DNA of 63,586 nt, the filler included, from Octopus bimaculoides (taxonomy: Eukaryota): NCBI RefSeq assembly GCF_001194135.2. It is 7 parts of 6 records of this genome, joined end to end, with 100 filler letters (N's around TTAATTAATTAA, not from the genome) between each part and the next. Parts side by side here need not be neighbours in the genome. Positions count along the whole stretch, not along the records: positions 46,681 to 58,832 come from NC_068990.1; positions 58,933 to 60,969 come from NC_068981.1; positions 61,070 to 63,586 come from NC_069005.1; 4 more parts are not named here. One strand, given 5' to 3'. The position numbers were made by a program, and so were the translations under genes. The notes beneath the pieces were generated by a model that saw only the letters and a list, made by a program, of their open reading frames with translations, was not told the origin of the DNA and did not search any database. Positions within the stretch are counted from its first letter, which is position 1. Each line of letters opens with the position of its first letter. Positions 52,079-63,586 of this stretch are shown here, one piece after another.

Positions 52079-53317
52079 TCGTCCCTACTAGAACTAGCTA
52101 CTTTGGTCGTCAATAAATACAGAATAAATCACAATTCAAACCTGTCGGTCAATACATATAGCGCGGAATACAGAAAAGGTTGAACATGAAACAATAGAAT
52201 ATTCAGCAGATAATATAGTTTTCTGCCTCCAGTGTGTTTTTTTTTTAATTCTTTTATATGGCAAACGTTTGGAAATAATATTTGTAGGCTTGTAAGATAT
52301 AAAGGCAACGCAGCCAGGAAATTTGCCACCAGAGTAGTCAAGTGTCAGCTAATACTGGGACCACACTCGCATGGACCACACTTCAGGGACCACACTAGCA
52401 TACGCTACACAGACGTCTTGATATATATTGATGCGTGAGACAGACAAAGATAAAGTAACTGATGAGTAGAATAGCAAATTTCACAGACCAATGAGAGGGC
52501 TTTGGAAACATCATAAGTGATGAACCCTTGATGAAATTGCAGTGAGCTCTAGGATGCATAATTGCATACAGAGTAATGTGCAGTTGCTGCAGTAGAAACA
52601 CATGCTGGTCGTTGTTATATATGCTGTAGAAAACTTTTAAAGAAAAATGTTTTGGATGTGAATAAATCTCCATTCTCCAATTGTCGTTCAATTATACAAT
52701 TACATATGTTTAAGGTTGTGCACCAGCGTATATATTTCTTGTATTTTAAAAACGAATAATCCAATGTAAGTTTTCATCTGTTTACAGGTATACTCCTTTC
52801 AAACCCATTATATATGTACTCGATGAATATTATTCTATAATTCTGCTTAAACATTTTATGAGATGGATATTAAGTGCTAATTCAAAAAATTAGTTACTAT
52901 CCATTAGATATTTCCTTCTGTATTTTCTGAAATGTTTTATCAATCGCATGGTTGCAGCTTTCAGAATGTTTGTTGTTAAGTTTTTTATTTTTGATAGTAA
53001 TATACATAAAGTTTCTTGCAGGCAAAGACTGCTTCGCCTAGAGGTGCCATCATACGAGTATGCAGTTCTTAGAACAAACCATAAAATACTGTGTTGAATT
53101 CTCTTTTCCATTAATTTCCCGATTAAGTTAACCAGAGAAGTGTCATGTCTCTTATTTAAATCATAACATTTCTGTTATGATTCCTGATGGAATTCACTTG
53201 ACTCATGTTGTTGCACAATGAAGCGGGCTTATCTCTCTTGTGACTGTTTTTCAAGGTACAGTGTGCAGAAATCAGAAGTAGAAGTTAATAGTTCTCATAT
53301 TTTTATTCTGTCTACAG

Positions 53318-53380
53318 GCTACAATAAGCGGCTGAAAAAAATATTTATTTGTAACGAGGACATTTTTCTGCAACATGCTG
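53318..53380 (+). other. Candidate 63-nt exon after a 62-nt candidate intron
   Basis: CAAG|GTACAG donor (53256), TTTTTATTCTGTCTACAG| acceptor (53317), CTG|GTAACT donor (53381). Confidence 0.3.
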
Positions 53381-53740
53381 GTAACTTTCATGTAACATTA
53401 TTGAAATTCCAGCGAAATTTCGGGGCCAGTTAATCACTAAAGGAATTCTGTCACATATTGTACTTTGTCTGCTAAAATTATGCGTGAAAGTTTGACTTTC
53501 CTGCTAATATTAGCTTTGTCATTTGCAATTTCCTTTAATCACATTTACACAAAACTATTTGATTAAATGTTCTTTTTCCTTTCTTTTTTCTTTTCTTCCG
53601 TTTTCTCTTCTTTCTTTCCTTCTTTTTTTCTCTCTCTTAATTTCTTTCTCTTTTTGCTAGTTGTAAACTTGAAAATTGAAGAGTAATTATGCCATTCTGT
53701 CAACGTGGGAACGCAAGTTGCTCTCGTTCAAATTTTTGAA

Positions 53741-53820
53741 TTTGAATTTCTATAATTTTGAATTTCTATAATTTTGAATTTCTATAATATTGAATTTCTA
53801 TAATTTTGAATTTCTATGCT
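53741..53820. repeat. 16-bp minisatellite (TTTGAATTTCTATAAT) x5
   Basis: Read directly; no spacers. Confidence 0.9.
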
Positions 53821-53949
53821 TCAGTTTTCATTTTGAACTCGTCAAAGACAAGCAAGTTGTCGAAATATCGTTCAAACCAATAAAATATCTATTGCAATCG
53901 TCACTCGCTCTTCATATTTACTTTTGTGAGTTAGTTATGTCAATTCTTT

Positions 53950-54490
<541 letters not shown>

Positions 54491-54941
54491 TATTATCGTG
54501 AATTATTACTATTTTTACTATTGTCATTGTTGCAATTATCTGTGCAATTTGTATTGTTACTGTTATTATTAACCATAATATTCCTATTATCAGTTATTGT
54601 TCTTTTTATTCCTGACATACCTTTTATTATTATTATTATCATTATTATTATTATTATTATGAGTGTCAATATTATCATTTTCACTTTTCCTATCTTTTAT
54701 ACGGTTATTATCATCATCAGTATTATTTGTTGCACAATTTCTATTGAAACTATTTCCCAGATCTAATACATTCGGAATCGTGCATTCATCCCTTTGACTG
54801 AACTTCTCTACATCTGAATTATATTTTACTCTAACGGCAGCGTTAAGTAAAATTATTTGTACCACTGGGTACGGGATACGCACAAATAGCTCTTTATAAC
54901 ATGTGCACGCGAGCGCACACACACATACATACACACATGCA

Positions 54942-54987
<46 letters not shown>

Positions 54988-55450
54988 TATATATAACTGT
55001 TTTCAACAACTTCTTTATAAACATCGTGGTTTATGAGATTACGTCGTAATTAACATTCGTGATAAATTTAAGTGTGATGAATTACACATTTCCTCAGGAG
55101 AAAAAGTTGAAAAATAGAAAATTATATTTTCTTTTCTAATTTAAATATATTGTAGTCTGTTTTCCTTCTGCTCTCTTTGTCTCTATTTTTTCTGTTGCTT
55201 CCTCTCCGTTGGTCTTATTTTTTTGTACTCCATGTCTTTATTCTTTTGCCTCGTTTATATCATATTTTTTGAGCTTGCAAGATACATACATACACATATA
55301 CATACATATATACATATGTGCGTACATAGGTACGTACGTACGTATGTATGTATATATGTACGTACGTAGATGGTGAGCCAAAAGTCACCCACCAAAACAT
55401 TTGACATTATATTATTGTTGTTATTATTATTATTATTATCATCATTGTTA

Positions 55451-56071
55451 ATTGCTAACTTGTGGAGTTATGTCAAATAGCTGCTGCCACGTGTGGGATG
55501 GCTCCGTCTGTCAGCCGAGTCCATAATGATGATTGCCCCGCCGCCCTCCTTTAATCGGGCAGACATGGCATTTTCCCCTTGTCTGGCGGCTGTGGCGAAA
55601 GAGGAGGTCTGGTGGATGAGGCTAAAAGGAAAGGGGACAGAAATATTCCTCTTTGCTAAAGCCCTCAACGACTTTTTCAAGTTTCACTTGAATAAGAAAG
55701 TGAGGGTGGAGAGGGAGGTGCCGTCCTCGAGTGAATTGATGAAAAGATGGGCGAAAATTGCGAACATGGCAAGGGTGGACGTTACCACCCTTAGTGTAGA
55801 CCTGTGAGTAGGAAGAGAGGAGTTGGGGAGGGCTCTCGTCCTTAGTATTCTGGGTGATCTTGGATGGTGGGGTTCCTCAATTATCCCTAGAGATCCTCAT
55901 ATATCAGGGCCCCATCACTAACACTTTTTTCTTCTAGTGCCGTATACTATGTATACCTACCTTCTTTTAATGTATAACGGGTATACTTCTTTTTTCCATT
56001 ATATGTAAACCCCCACACTTTGTCTTTGTATTGCCCCTTCATCCTTCGCCTTGGTGGCAAATAAAAGAAAC
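55451..56071 (+). mobile_element. 5'-truncated Tx1/L1-like LINE (ORF2 C-terminus + 3' UTR)
   Basis: IANLWSYVK*LLPRVGWLRLSAESI..AVAKEEVWWMRLKG..FFKFHLNKKVRVERE..KRW..DL*; ends AATAAAAGAAAC; TSD CATYATTGTTA at 55440-55450 and 56072-56082. Confidence 0.75.
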
Positions 56072-56083
56072 CATTATTGTTAC

Positions 56084-56370
56084 TTTATTGTGTCTGGGGA
56101 GAGTAATTCTGTCTTAAAGCCTTATTAATTATCACTCACCGGTTTGTTTTCCACTCATTTACTTACGACTATTGAAGAGGTCGCAAGAAGCAACTAAAAT
56201 TTTAGAAAAAATAAATAAGTAAATGAGTGGAAATCGAACCGGTGAGTGTGTTAATTAATAAGGCTTTAAAACAGAATGACTCTCCCCAGACACAATAAAA
56301 TATGCTTCAACACACGAATACACATAAAGAATCTTGCAAACCAAATACAAAACGAAATTATTATTATTGT
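56084..56370. mobile_element. Repeat element with about 80-bp inverted repeats plus an asymmetric 70-bp right extension
   Basis: Arms about 56084-56166 and 56214-56299; deleted second copy with the same extension at about 20500-20660. Confidence 0.6.
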
Positions 56371-56629
56371 TAATTTTGTTCATCATGTACATGTAAGTGT
56401 TTATTCATCATTATTTTATTTCGGTTCTATATTTAAGAGATAAGGAATTGTGTACATTATTTACATTATTTACATTTGACGGATATTTGTCCTCATTTTG
56501 GTTGTTATTCCCCATCGGGTGTCTTGGGGAAATTTCGAAACTGGCTTCTCAATCCTAAGGTATTTTTCGATGTTGTTGTTACTGTTGTTGTTGTTGTTGT
56601 TGTTGTTGCTGTTGTTGTTGTTGCCGTTG

Positions 56630-56716
<87 letters not shown>

Positions 56717-56717
<1 letters not shown>

Positions 56718-56779
56718 CGGTCACTGCCTAGAATCGAACTCGGAATATTGGAGTTAGTAGCCCGCGCTCTTAACCGCTA
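56717..56779 (-). mobile_element. Short tRNA-like SINE with (AAT)n tail
   Basis: Minus TAGCGGTTAAGAGCGCGGGCTACTAAC..GAGTTCGATTC (B box) followed directly by (AAT)n at 56632-56716. Confidence 0.6.
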
Positions 56780-57384
56780 TTTTATTTATTTATTTATTTT
56801 ATTTATTTTATTAAATTTTAGAAAAGTTGAAGCATGTCTTTCACAATTTCGGAGTAACTTATTTTGTTCGTGATTTTTGGCCCAACAATTATGTACGTAT
56901 GTATGTAAATGCAACAAGATTGTGAAAACTTGATTATGATGGAAACTTTTGTCGAATCGTTTGTTCGCTAGAAGCCTCTGGCCACATTTTACGAACTGAG
57001 TTACGGAAAGGAACGAATACATAAACCACTAGTTACCGGTGCTAGCCAGGTGGATTGTGTCAGGGGTAATAACAAATAAAAGGAAAGCAAAAGAGATTTA
57101 AAGGCATTAAAACTTAAGTACATTTTGATTTACATCGACCTGATACACAACTGATAATAGATTAACAGGCTCCCAGTCAGAATAACAAGATGTGTCTATT
57201 TCAGTAAATAATTCATATCAGCTAGCAAGCAAAACACAGGAGAAACCTGACACTTCAAACATTGTATAAAAGTTTCAAGATATTGTACATCGATGCTTTA
57301 TGTAAGTGTGTATTTATATATATATGCCTGTATTTATGTATTGATTTATGGGTATATATGCTTGCACGCGTGTGGGGTGAGGGG

Positions 57385-57680
57385 GAAGAGCGTAGCTTAA
57401 AGGGTAGGGTGTTGCACTCACGATCTTTCGATCGAGATTTCGTTTCTCAGACTGGTGCTGCGTTGTGTTTTTGACCAAAACACTTCATTTCATTTTGTTC
57501 AACTTCATCCACCAGTAAGTTGGTAACCAGGCAGCAGACCGGTGGTACGTTTAGAGGTTAATGCTGACCTGCCCACCGAGTCAACGAGGTGGCGTCATTC
57601 GAAAGGTACAACAATGTGAGGAAGTGCATTGTGACCGGCGGTGTATAACAGCATACGATAGTCTGGACGATACAATGATA
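57385..57680 (+). mobile_element. SINE related to 23697-23940
   Basis: tRNA-like head, AAAACACTTCATTTC central motif, shared tail. Confidence 0.6.
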
Positions 57681-57703
57681 GTCAGACAGACAAACAGATA
57701 GAT

Positions 57704-57737
<34 letters not shown>

Positions 57738-57914
57738 ACAGACAGACAGACAGAAACTGGTTTTGGCCATTATTGATCCAGACCATGTCGCACCTAAAAG
57801 CACAAGTTGGACCATTTCTTTAGTCATGTTTTCGCACAACGTAGCCCATTCGAGCAGGAAGTTTATGATTGGCGTAGAGTATCGATATATCGGTGGTTTA
57901 TGGTGCTAGTCGAT

Positions 57915-58075
57915 CACATGGACCCCAGTGCATACCTAGTACTTATTTTATCAACCCCGAAAGGATGAAAGGCTAAGTCGGCCTCGACAGAATTTTAACA
58001 CAGAACGTGAAGATGGACGAAATGCCTCTAAACATTTTCTCCGGCGTGCAAACGATTTTGCCAGCTTGCAGTCTT
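57915..58075 (-). mobile_element. SINE family 1, partial
   Basis: Reverse complement of family 1 head and body. Confidence 0.75.
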
Positions 58076-60335
58076 CGCTGTCTTCACCGCCTTTAAAACA
58101 GAATGATAAACAGGATCAGTTGATGTAATGTAAAACAAATTGTATGGCGATTTTGTTGTGAACTCGATTTTATAGGTGGGGTGGAGTTTGACATGTGAAC
58201 TCTGGTTGTGATCTTCGTTTGGAAATGCTAATGGAATATCTTCCATTAGCATTGTACAAATGATGTGGCACTAACGGCGGACATTGAATAGAAGAAAGTT
58301 TGAGCTTTGTGAGCAACCCTAATAACTAAAACGTGCCATGTCGTTTATTTGTTTAGCATGTGTATGTATGCGTGTGTGTATGAGATCGACCTCCCGGTTC
58401 CTTAAATTTTCATAATGTTTCTTATTTCGGATAGAGAGACCACAGTATTTAAGGGGAAACCCTGCCAAGGTAGAGAATTGCAGAAAGATGGTATCATAGT
58501 CTTTAAACTGTGAACGTTCTAAGGATCCGTGAGCACATTCTGCGAGCCATATCGGTTCAGTAGCTGATGTATGCACTCTAGCTTAGATTCATACACAGTC
58601 ACATCTGTCTGGTGTAATTTGATTCCAAGAAAATCACCCGAGTAAAGACAATATGTTTCTTTAGATATATCCTCGTTTCCAAAGAATCGGCTGAAATTTC
58701 TTTTCATTTGGAAGAATGTTCTAGTTTATTTATTTCGTCCCCCCCCCCTGTAAGGCACAGACCGGTTTGGAGTTTTATTCGATCACATACATCGCTGATG
58801 ACTTTCTATGGGTTAGAATTATTGACAAAGGTNNNNNNNNNNNNNNNNNNNNNNNNNNNNNNNNNNNNNNNNNNNNTTAATTAATTAANNNNNNNNNNNN
58901 NNNNNNNNNNNNNNNNNNNNNNNNNNNNNNNNATACACACACACACACGCACAGTGGTAGGGACACACACCTTACACAGCCCTATACACACACACACCCA
59001 TATATACGCGCACGCCTACATACACGTACATACACAGCCGCATACATATGCACACACAAAATAACACACATACCTTTCACACATCCTTACGCTCTCACAC
59101 ACATACGCACGCACACACACATACACACACACATACACATACACACACGCACACACACCTCTCACATACACAAACACACACATACACATACACATACACA
59201 CATGCATACACGCACACACACCTCTCACATGCACAATACTCACTCACATACACAACACACACGCACGCACAAAAAATATACACACACGCGCACACACACA
59301 CACACGGACACACACATACAGACACACATAAACACACACGCGCATACACACACACGCACCCGTACCTAACAATCACAACCCCATACNNNNNNNNNNNNNN
59401 NNNNNNNNNNNNNNNNNNNNNNNNNNNNNNNNNNNNNNNNNNNNNNNNNNNNNNNNNNNNNNNNNNNNNNNNNNNNNNNNNNNNNNNNNNNNNNNNNNNN
59501 NNNNNNNNNNNNNNNNNNNNNNNNNNNNNNNNNNNNNNNNNNNNNNNNNNNNNNNNNNNNNNNNNNNNNNNNNNNNNNNNNNNNNNNNNNNNNNNNNNNN
59601 NNNNNNNNNNNNNNNNNNNNNNNNNNNNNNNNNNNNNNNNNNNNNNNNNNNNNNNNNNNNNNNNNNNNNNNNNNNNNNNNNNNNNNNNNNNNNNNNNNNN
59701 NNNNNNNNNNNNNNNNNNNNNNNNNNNNNNNNNNNNNNNNNNNNNNNNNNNNNNNNNNNNNNNNNNNNNNNNNNNNNNNNNNNNNNNNNNNNNNNNNNNN
59801 NNNNNNNNNNNNNNNNNNNNNNNNNNNNNNNNNNNNNNNNNNNNNNNNNNNNNNNNNNNNNNNNNNNNNNNNNNNNNNNNNNNNNNNNNNNNNNNNNNNN
59901 NNNNNNNNNNNNNNNNNNNNNNNNNNNNNNNNNNNNNNNNNNNNNNNNNNNNNNNNNNNNNNNNNNNNNNNNNNNNNNNNNNNNNNNNNNNNNNNNNNNN
60001 NNNNNNNNNNNNNNNNNNNNNNNNNNNNNNNNNNNNNNNNNNNNNNNNNNNNNNNNNNNNNNNNNNNNNNNNNNNNNNNNNNNNNNNNNNNNNNNNNNNN
60101 NNNNNNNNNNNNNNNNNNNNNNNNNNNNNNNNNNNNNNNNNNNNNNNNNNNNNNNNNNNNNNNNNNNNNNNNNNNNNNNNNNNNNNNNNNNNNNNNNNNN
60201 NNNNNNNNNNNNNNNNNNNNNNNNNNNNNNNNNNNNNNNNNNNNNNNNNNNNNNNNNNNNNACATATATTCGTTTCAATCTTTTACCTGCAGCCATGCAG
60301 GAGCATCACCTTAAAGAGTCTTTTAGTCAAACACC

Positions 60336-60655
60336 GGTGCAGGAGTGGCTGTGTGGTAAGTAGCTTGCTTACCAACCACATGGTTCCGGGTTCTGTCCAA
60401 AGCTCTGTGAGTAGATTTGGTAGATGGAAACTGAAAGAAGCCCATCGTGTGTGTGTGTGTGTGTTTGTGTGTCTGTGTTTGTCTCCCCAACATCGCTTGG
60501 GCAACCGATGGTGGTGTGTTTACATCCCTGTAACTTAGCAGTTCAGCAAAAGTGACTGATAGAATAAGTACTAGGCTTACAAAAAATAAGTCCTGAGGTG
60601 GATTTGCTCGACTAAAGCTGCAGTCAAATGACTGAAACAAGTAAAAGAATAAAAG
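60336..60655 (+). mobile_element. SINE family 2 with internal deletions
   Basis: Homologous to 62467-62880. Confidence 0.85.
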
Positions 60656-60927
60656 AAAAACAAATCAACCCCAGAGCTTTTTTATTATTTCAAGCCAGGC
60701 ACTTACTCTACTGGGGACTTTTACCAAACCACTAAGTTATGGGGATGTAAACATACCAACACCAGTTATCAAGCAGTGATGCAGGGGACAAACACAGAAA
60801 CAAAGACACACACATAGATATAGAGATATACATACACACTCATATATATGTATCCAGTCCTCAGTCAAATCGTCCAACCCATGCTAGCATGGAAAGCGGA
60901 CGTTAAACGACGACGACAATACGTACA

Positions 60928-60969
<42 letters not shown>

Positions 60970-61334
60970 NNNNNNNNNNNNNNNNNNNNNNNNNNNNNNN
61001 NNNNNNNNNNNNNTTAATTAATTAANNNNNNNNNNNNNNNNNNNNNNNNNNNNNNNNNNNNNNNNNNNNATATAAAGAGAGAGACACATACACACAAGCA
61101 CACGCACGCACGCACACACACATATACACACGCATACACACATACACACACATACGTATGTGTGTACCAGTGTGTGTTCGCGGGCCTGTGCGTGCGCAAG
61201 TGTGCGTGTAGTTACAAATATATGTTTCTATACATATGTATTTGTTGTTCCCTGATATCTATGAAAAGAAAAAAGAAAACGTGAAACGAAACATCACATT
61301 TAGTAGCTTGTTTACATGAGTTATTGAAATTATG

Positions 61335-61470
61335 ACTGTGTGGTAGGAAGCTTGCTTCCCAACGACATGATTCCGGGTGAGACCTTGGGCAAGTATCTTC
61401 TATTATTGCTTCGGGCCAACGAAAGCCATTTAAAGTTATTTGGTAGGCGGAAACTGGAAGAAACCCGTCA
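61335..61470 (+). mobile_element. SINE family 2, 5' part
   Basis: GTGTGGTAGGAAGCTTGCTTCCCAAC...CCTTGGGCAAG. Confidence 0.7.
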
Positions 61471-61635
61471 TATATATATATATATATAGTTATGATCGGC
61501 CATTATTATGATTGACCGTTGACTGAACACTATTCNNNNNNNNNNNNNNNNNNNNNNNNNNNNNNNNNNNNNNNNNNNNNNNNNNNNNNNNNNNNNNNNN
61601 NNNNNNNNNNNNNNNNNNNNNNNNNNNNNNNNNNN

Positions 61636-61675
<40 letters not shown>

Positions 61676-61679
61676 CACG

Positions 61680-61830
61680 ACGGGCTTCTTTCAGTTTCCC
61701 TCTACCAAATCCACCCACAGAGCTTCGGTCGGTCCGAGGCTATAGTAGAGTACACTTAACCAAGGTGCCATGCAGTGGGGCTAGACCTGGATCCATGTGG
61801 TTAGGAAGCATGCTTCTTACCACATTGCCT
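61680..61830 (-). mobile_element. SINE family 2, 5' part (inverted)
   Basis: Reverse complement of 62480-62630. Confidence 0.75.
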
Positions 61831-61984
61831 GCGCAAATATGTTGAGATTACTCTCAAAACTTTTAAATATCAGTGGGTTTCTCAAAACTTTGCGGTTTAA
61901 TATCAAGTTCATTCGGATCCAATGAAAAACCTGTGCCATATGTTTGCCATCGCTGATCTACATCTTTGACAAGGCAAGCATAGC

Positions 61985-62258
61985 TGCAAATAAGTTGATA
62001 ATAAATAAATGTGCCCTTTTAAAGCCTAGCCAGGCTCATGGGCCCGGTTTCCCGGTTTCAATGGTGTATGTGTTCCCCAGCTGGACGGGACGCCAGTCCA
62101 TCGCTGCGTTACTCATTTTTGCCAGCTGAGTGGACTGGAGCAACGTGAAATGAAGTGTTTTGCTCAAGAACACAATGCGTTGCCCGATCCAGGAATCGAA
62201 ACCACAATCTTACGATCATGGTGCTGACACCCTAACCATTAGGCCATGCACCTCCACA
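61985..62258 (-). mobile_element. Full-length tRNA-derived SINE with conserved central domain
   Basis: Minus GGTGCATGGCCTAATGGTTAGGG...GTTTCGATTCC; TTGAGCAAAACACTTCATTTCACGTTGCTCCAGTCCACTCAGCTG; CGATGGACTGGCGTCCCGTCCAG; ATTT tail. Confidence 0.75.
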
Positions 62259-62466
62259 AATAAGTTGATATTGTAAGCTAATGAAATCGGTGCCAAAGTT
62301 ACGTATTAAAGCTAGAAAGGTAGCAAGGAAGGAAACAGCCATTCGCACGAACTTTTGGCTGCACAACTAGAGGTGGCACTTTAAACTGAGATTTTAAAAG
62401 GTCAGAATGAAAATGGCAATACTGATGAAATAATGACTAATTAATTAATTGAATAACTTAAACATA

Positions 62467-62880
62467 GGCGCACGAGTGGCTGTGTGGTAAGTAGCTTGCT
62501 TACCAACCACATGGTTTCCGGGTTCAGTCCCACTGCGTGGCACCTTGGGCAAGTGTCTCCTCCTATAGCCTCGGGCCGACCAAAGCCTTGTGAGTGGAAT
62601 TGGTAGACGGAAACTGAAAGAAGCCCGACGTATATATGTATATTTATATATATGTGTGTGTGTGTGTTTATTTGTCTGTGTTTGTCCCCCCAACATCGCT
62701 TGACAACCGATGCTGGTGTGTTTACGTTCCCGTAACATAGCGGTTCGGCAAAACAGATCGATAGAATAAGTACTAGGCTTACAAAAAGAATAAGTCCTGG
62801 AGTCGATTTGCTCGACTAATGGCGGTGCTCCAGCATGGCCGCAGTCAAATGACTGAAACAAGTAAAAGAGTAAAAGAGTA
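62467..62880 (+). mobile_element. SINE family 2, full-length reference copy (about 410 bp, internal (TA)(TG)n)
   Basis: tRNA-like head with GGGTTCAGTCCC, tail GTAAAAGAGTAAAAGAG; more than 10 partial copies in the window. Confidence 0.88.
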
Positions 62881-62889
62881 TGTTATTTG

Positions 62890-63460
62890 CCGCTCTCAAA
62901 ATGTCCGCTGTCAAGTGTGATGGCATCAAAATGGGTTCGGTCATGCCATATGGTCAGTGTCATGACGTCTATGCCAAACAGTCTTCTTCCTTATCAAGAT
63001 GGGGCCAAGTGGAATTCATAATGAACTCAGTTCCTACGCTGACCTCTTCGAAGAGATGGGACGCCGGTGACGTCAAACAAGTTATTCGGCTCCGAAGCAA
63101 TCGCTGCTGCTGTTGATCTACAGGACAGAAGATAGTACACCTCTACATTCCAATTGCTTCCATTTCCTTATATCCCGTCACACAACAACCGACATATTTT
63201 GTGGCACGCCATCTTCGTCCTCAACGCTTATGCTCGTAATATTGTTCTAGCGAGCAATTACAACAGATATCAATATTTCGACCGGGGATGCAACCAACTA
63301 TAAAACCATCTTTTGGGATGCTGATGGAAAGTGTCTGACACGGCCAGATCATATTTGATGCATATTTCGAGTCGATGTGTTCGACTGGAGGCGAAAGTCC
63401 GAAAAGGACCCAACGCACACTCCCATATTTGTTAATCTCTCCTCACACTTGGTTTATAAT
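62890..63460 (-). mobile_element. Decayed RTE-clade LINE, apurinic endonuclease region
   Basis: LGDYKPSVRRD*QIWECALGP..LEICIKYDLAVSDTFHQHPKRWFYSWLHPRSKY resembles GDFNARVG..W..VLG..L...DL..TNTFF......TW.HPRSK. Confidence 0.75.
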
Positions 63461-63586
63461 CGCCCAAACTTAAGATGAGTAGCCAGTTTTTTCAGCCGAT
63501 ATTTGAGCTGGACTTTACGCAGTTGTCACTATTTAGAGTTAAAGCAGAGAGAGAGAGAGAGGTGGGGAGAGAAACACACACACACA

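Noticed and set aside
52459-52515. CTGATGA...GAAAC as a hammerhead (also lone CTGATGA near 9566, 40668, 58787, 62422)
   Set aside because: No pairing for stems I and II, or no GAAA at a suitable position
52890-53176. About 95-codon open frame on minus
   Set aside because: A few such frames are expected by chance in this much AT-rich DNA; no motif or good splice sites
53741-53820. Regular short repeats as a CRISPR array (also 43268-43325)
   Set aside because: Head-to-tail units with no spacers, in eukaryotic context

Overview
AT-rich, microsatellite-dense eukaryotic DNA from a gapped draft assembly (about 6.6 kb of N; six 100-bp spacers of the form N44-TTAATTAATTAA-N44). The SINE repertoire looks like octopus (inferred from recalled similarity to octopus tRNA-derived SINEs, not searched). 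No intact protein-coding gene can be supported, and most listed ORFs are microsatellite or N-gap artefacts. The window is mostly transposon debris: (i) at least 12 minus-strand fragments of R4/Dong-type RT+RLE non-LTR retrotransposons, including a 10.4-kb same-orientation stack (23.9-34.4 kb) whose members are mostly separated by (ATT)n arrays and one near-full-length disabled copy; (ii) two 5'-truncated Tx1/L1-like LINEs with readable TSDs, one nested in the R4 copy; (iii) a decayed mariner, Penelope-like (RT-thumb + GIY-YIG) fragments, a Merlin/ISXO2 DDE fragment and an RTE endonuclease fragment; (iv) about 30 tRNA-derived SINE copies of at least three families. The most notable unannotated signals are a structurally complete type I hammerhead ribozyme (34677-34771) plus several decayed relatives, a SINE whose 3' tail resembles the Tx1 LINE 3' end, long hairpins, and a few orphan exon-like segments. 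Borders of decayed elements are approximate (10-30 bp), and adjacency across the 100-bp spacers may not be real.
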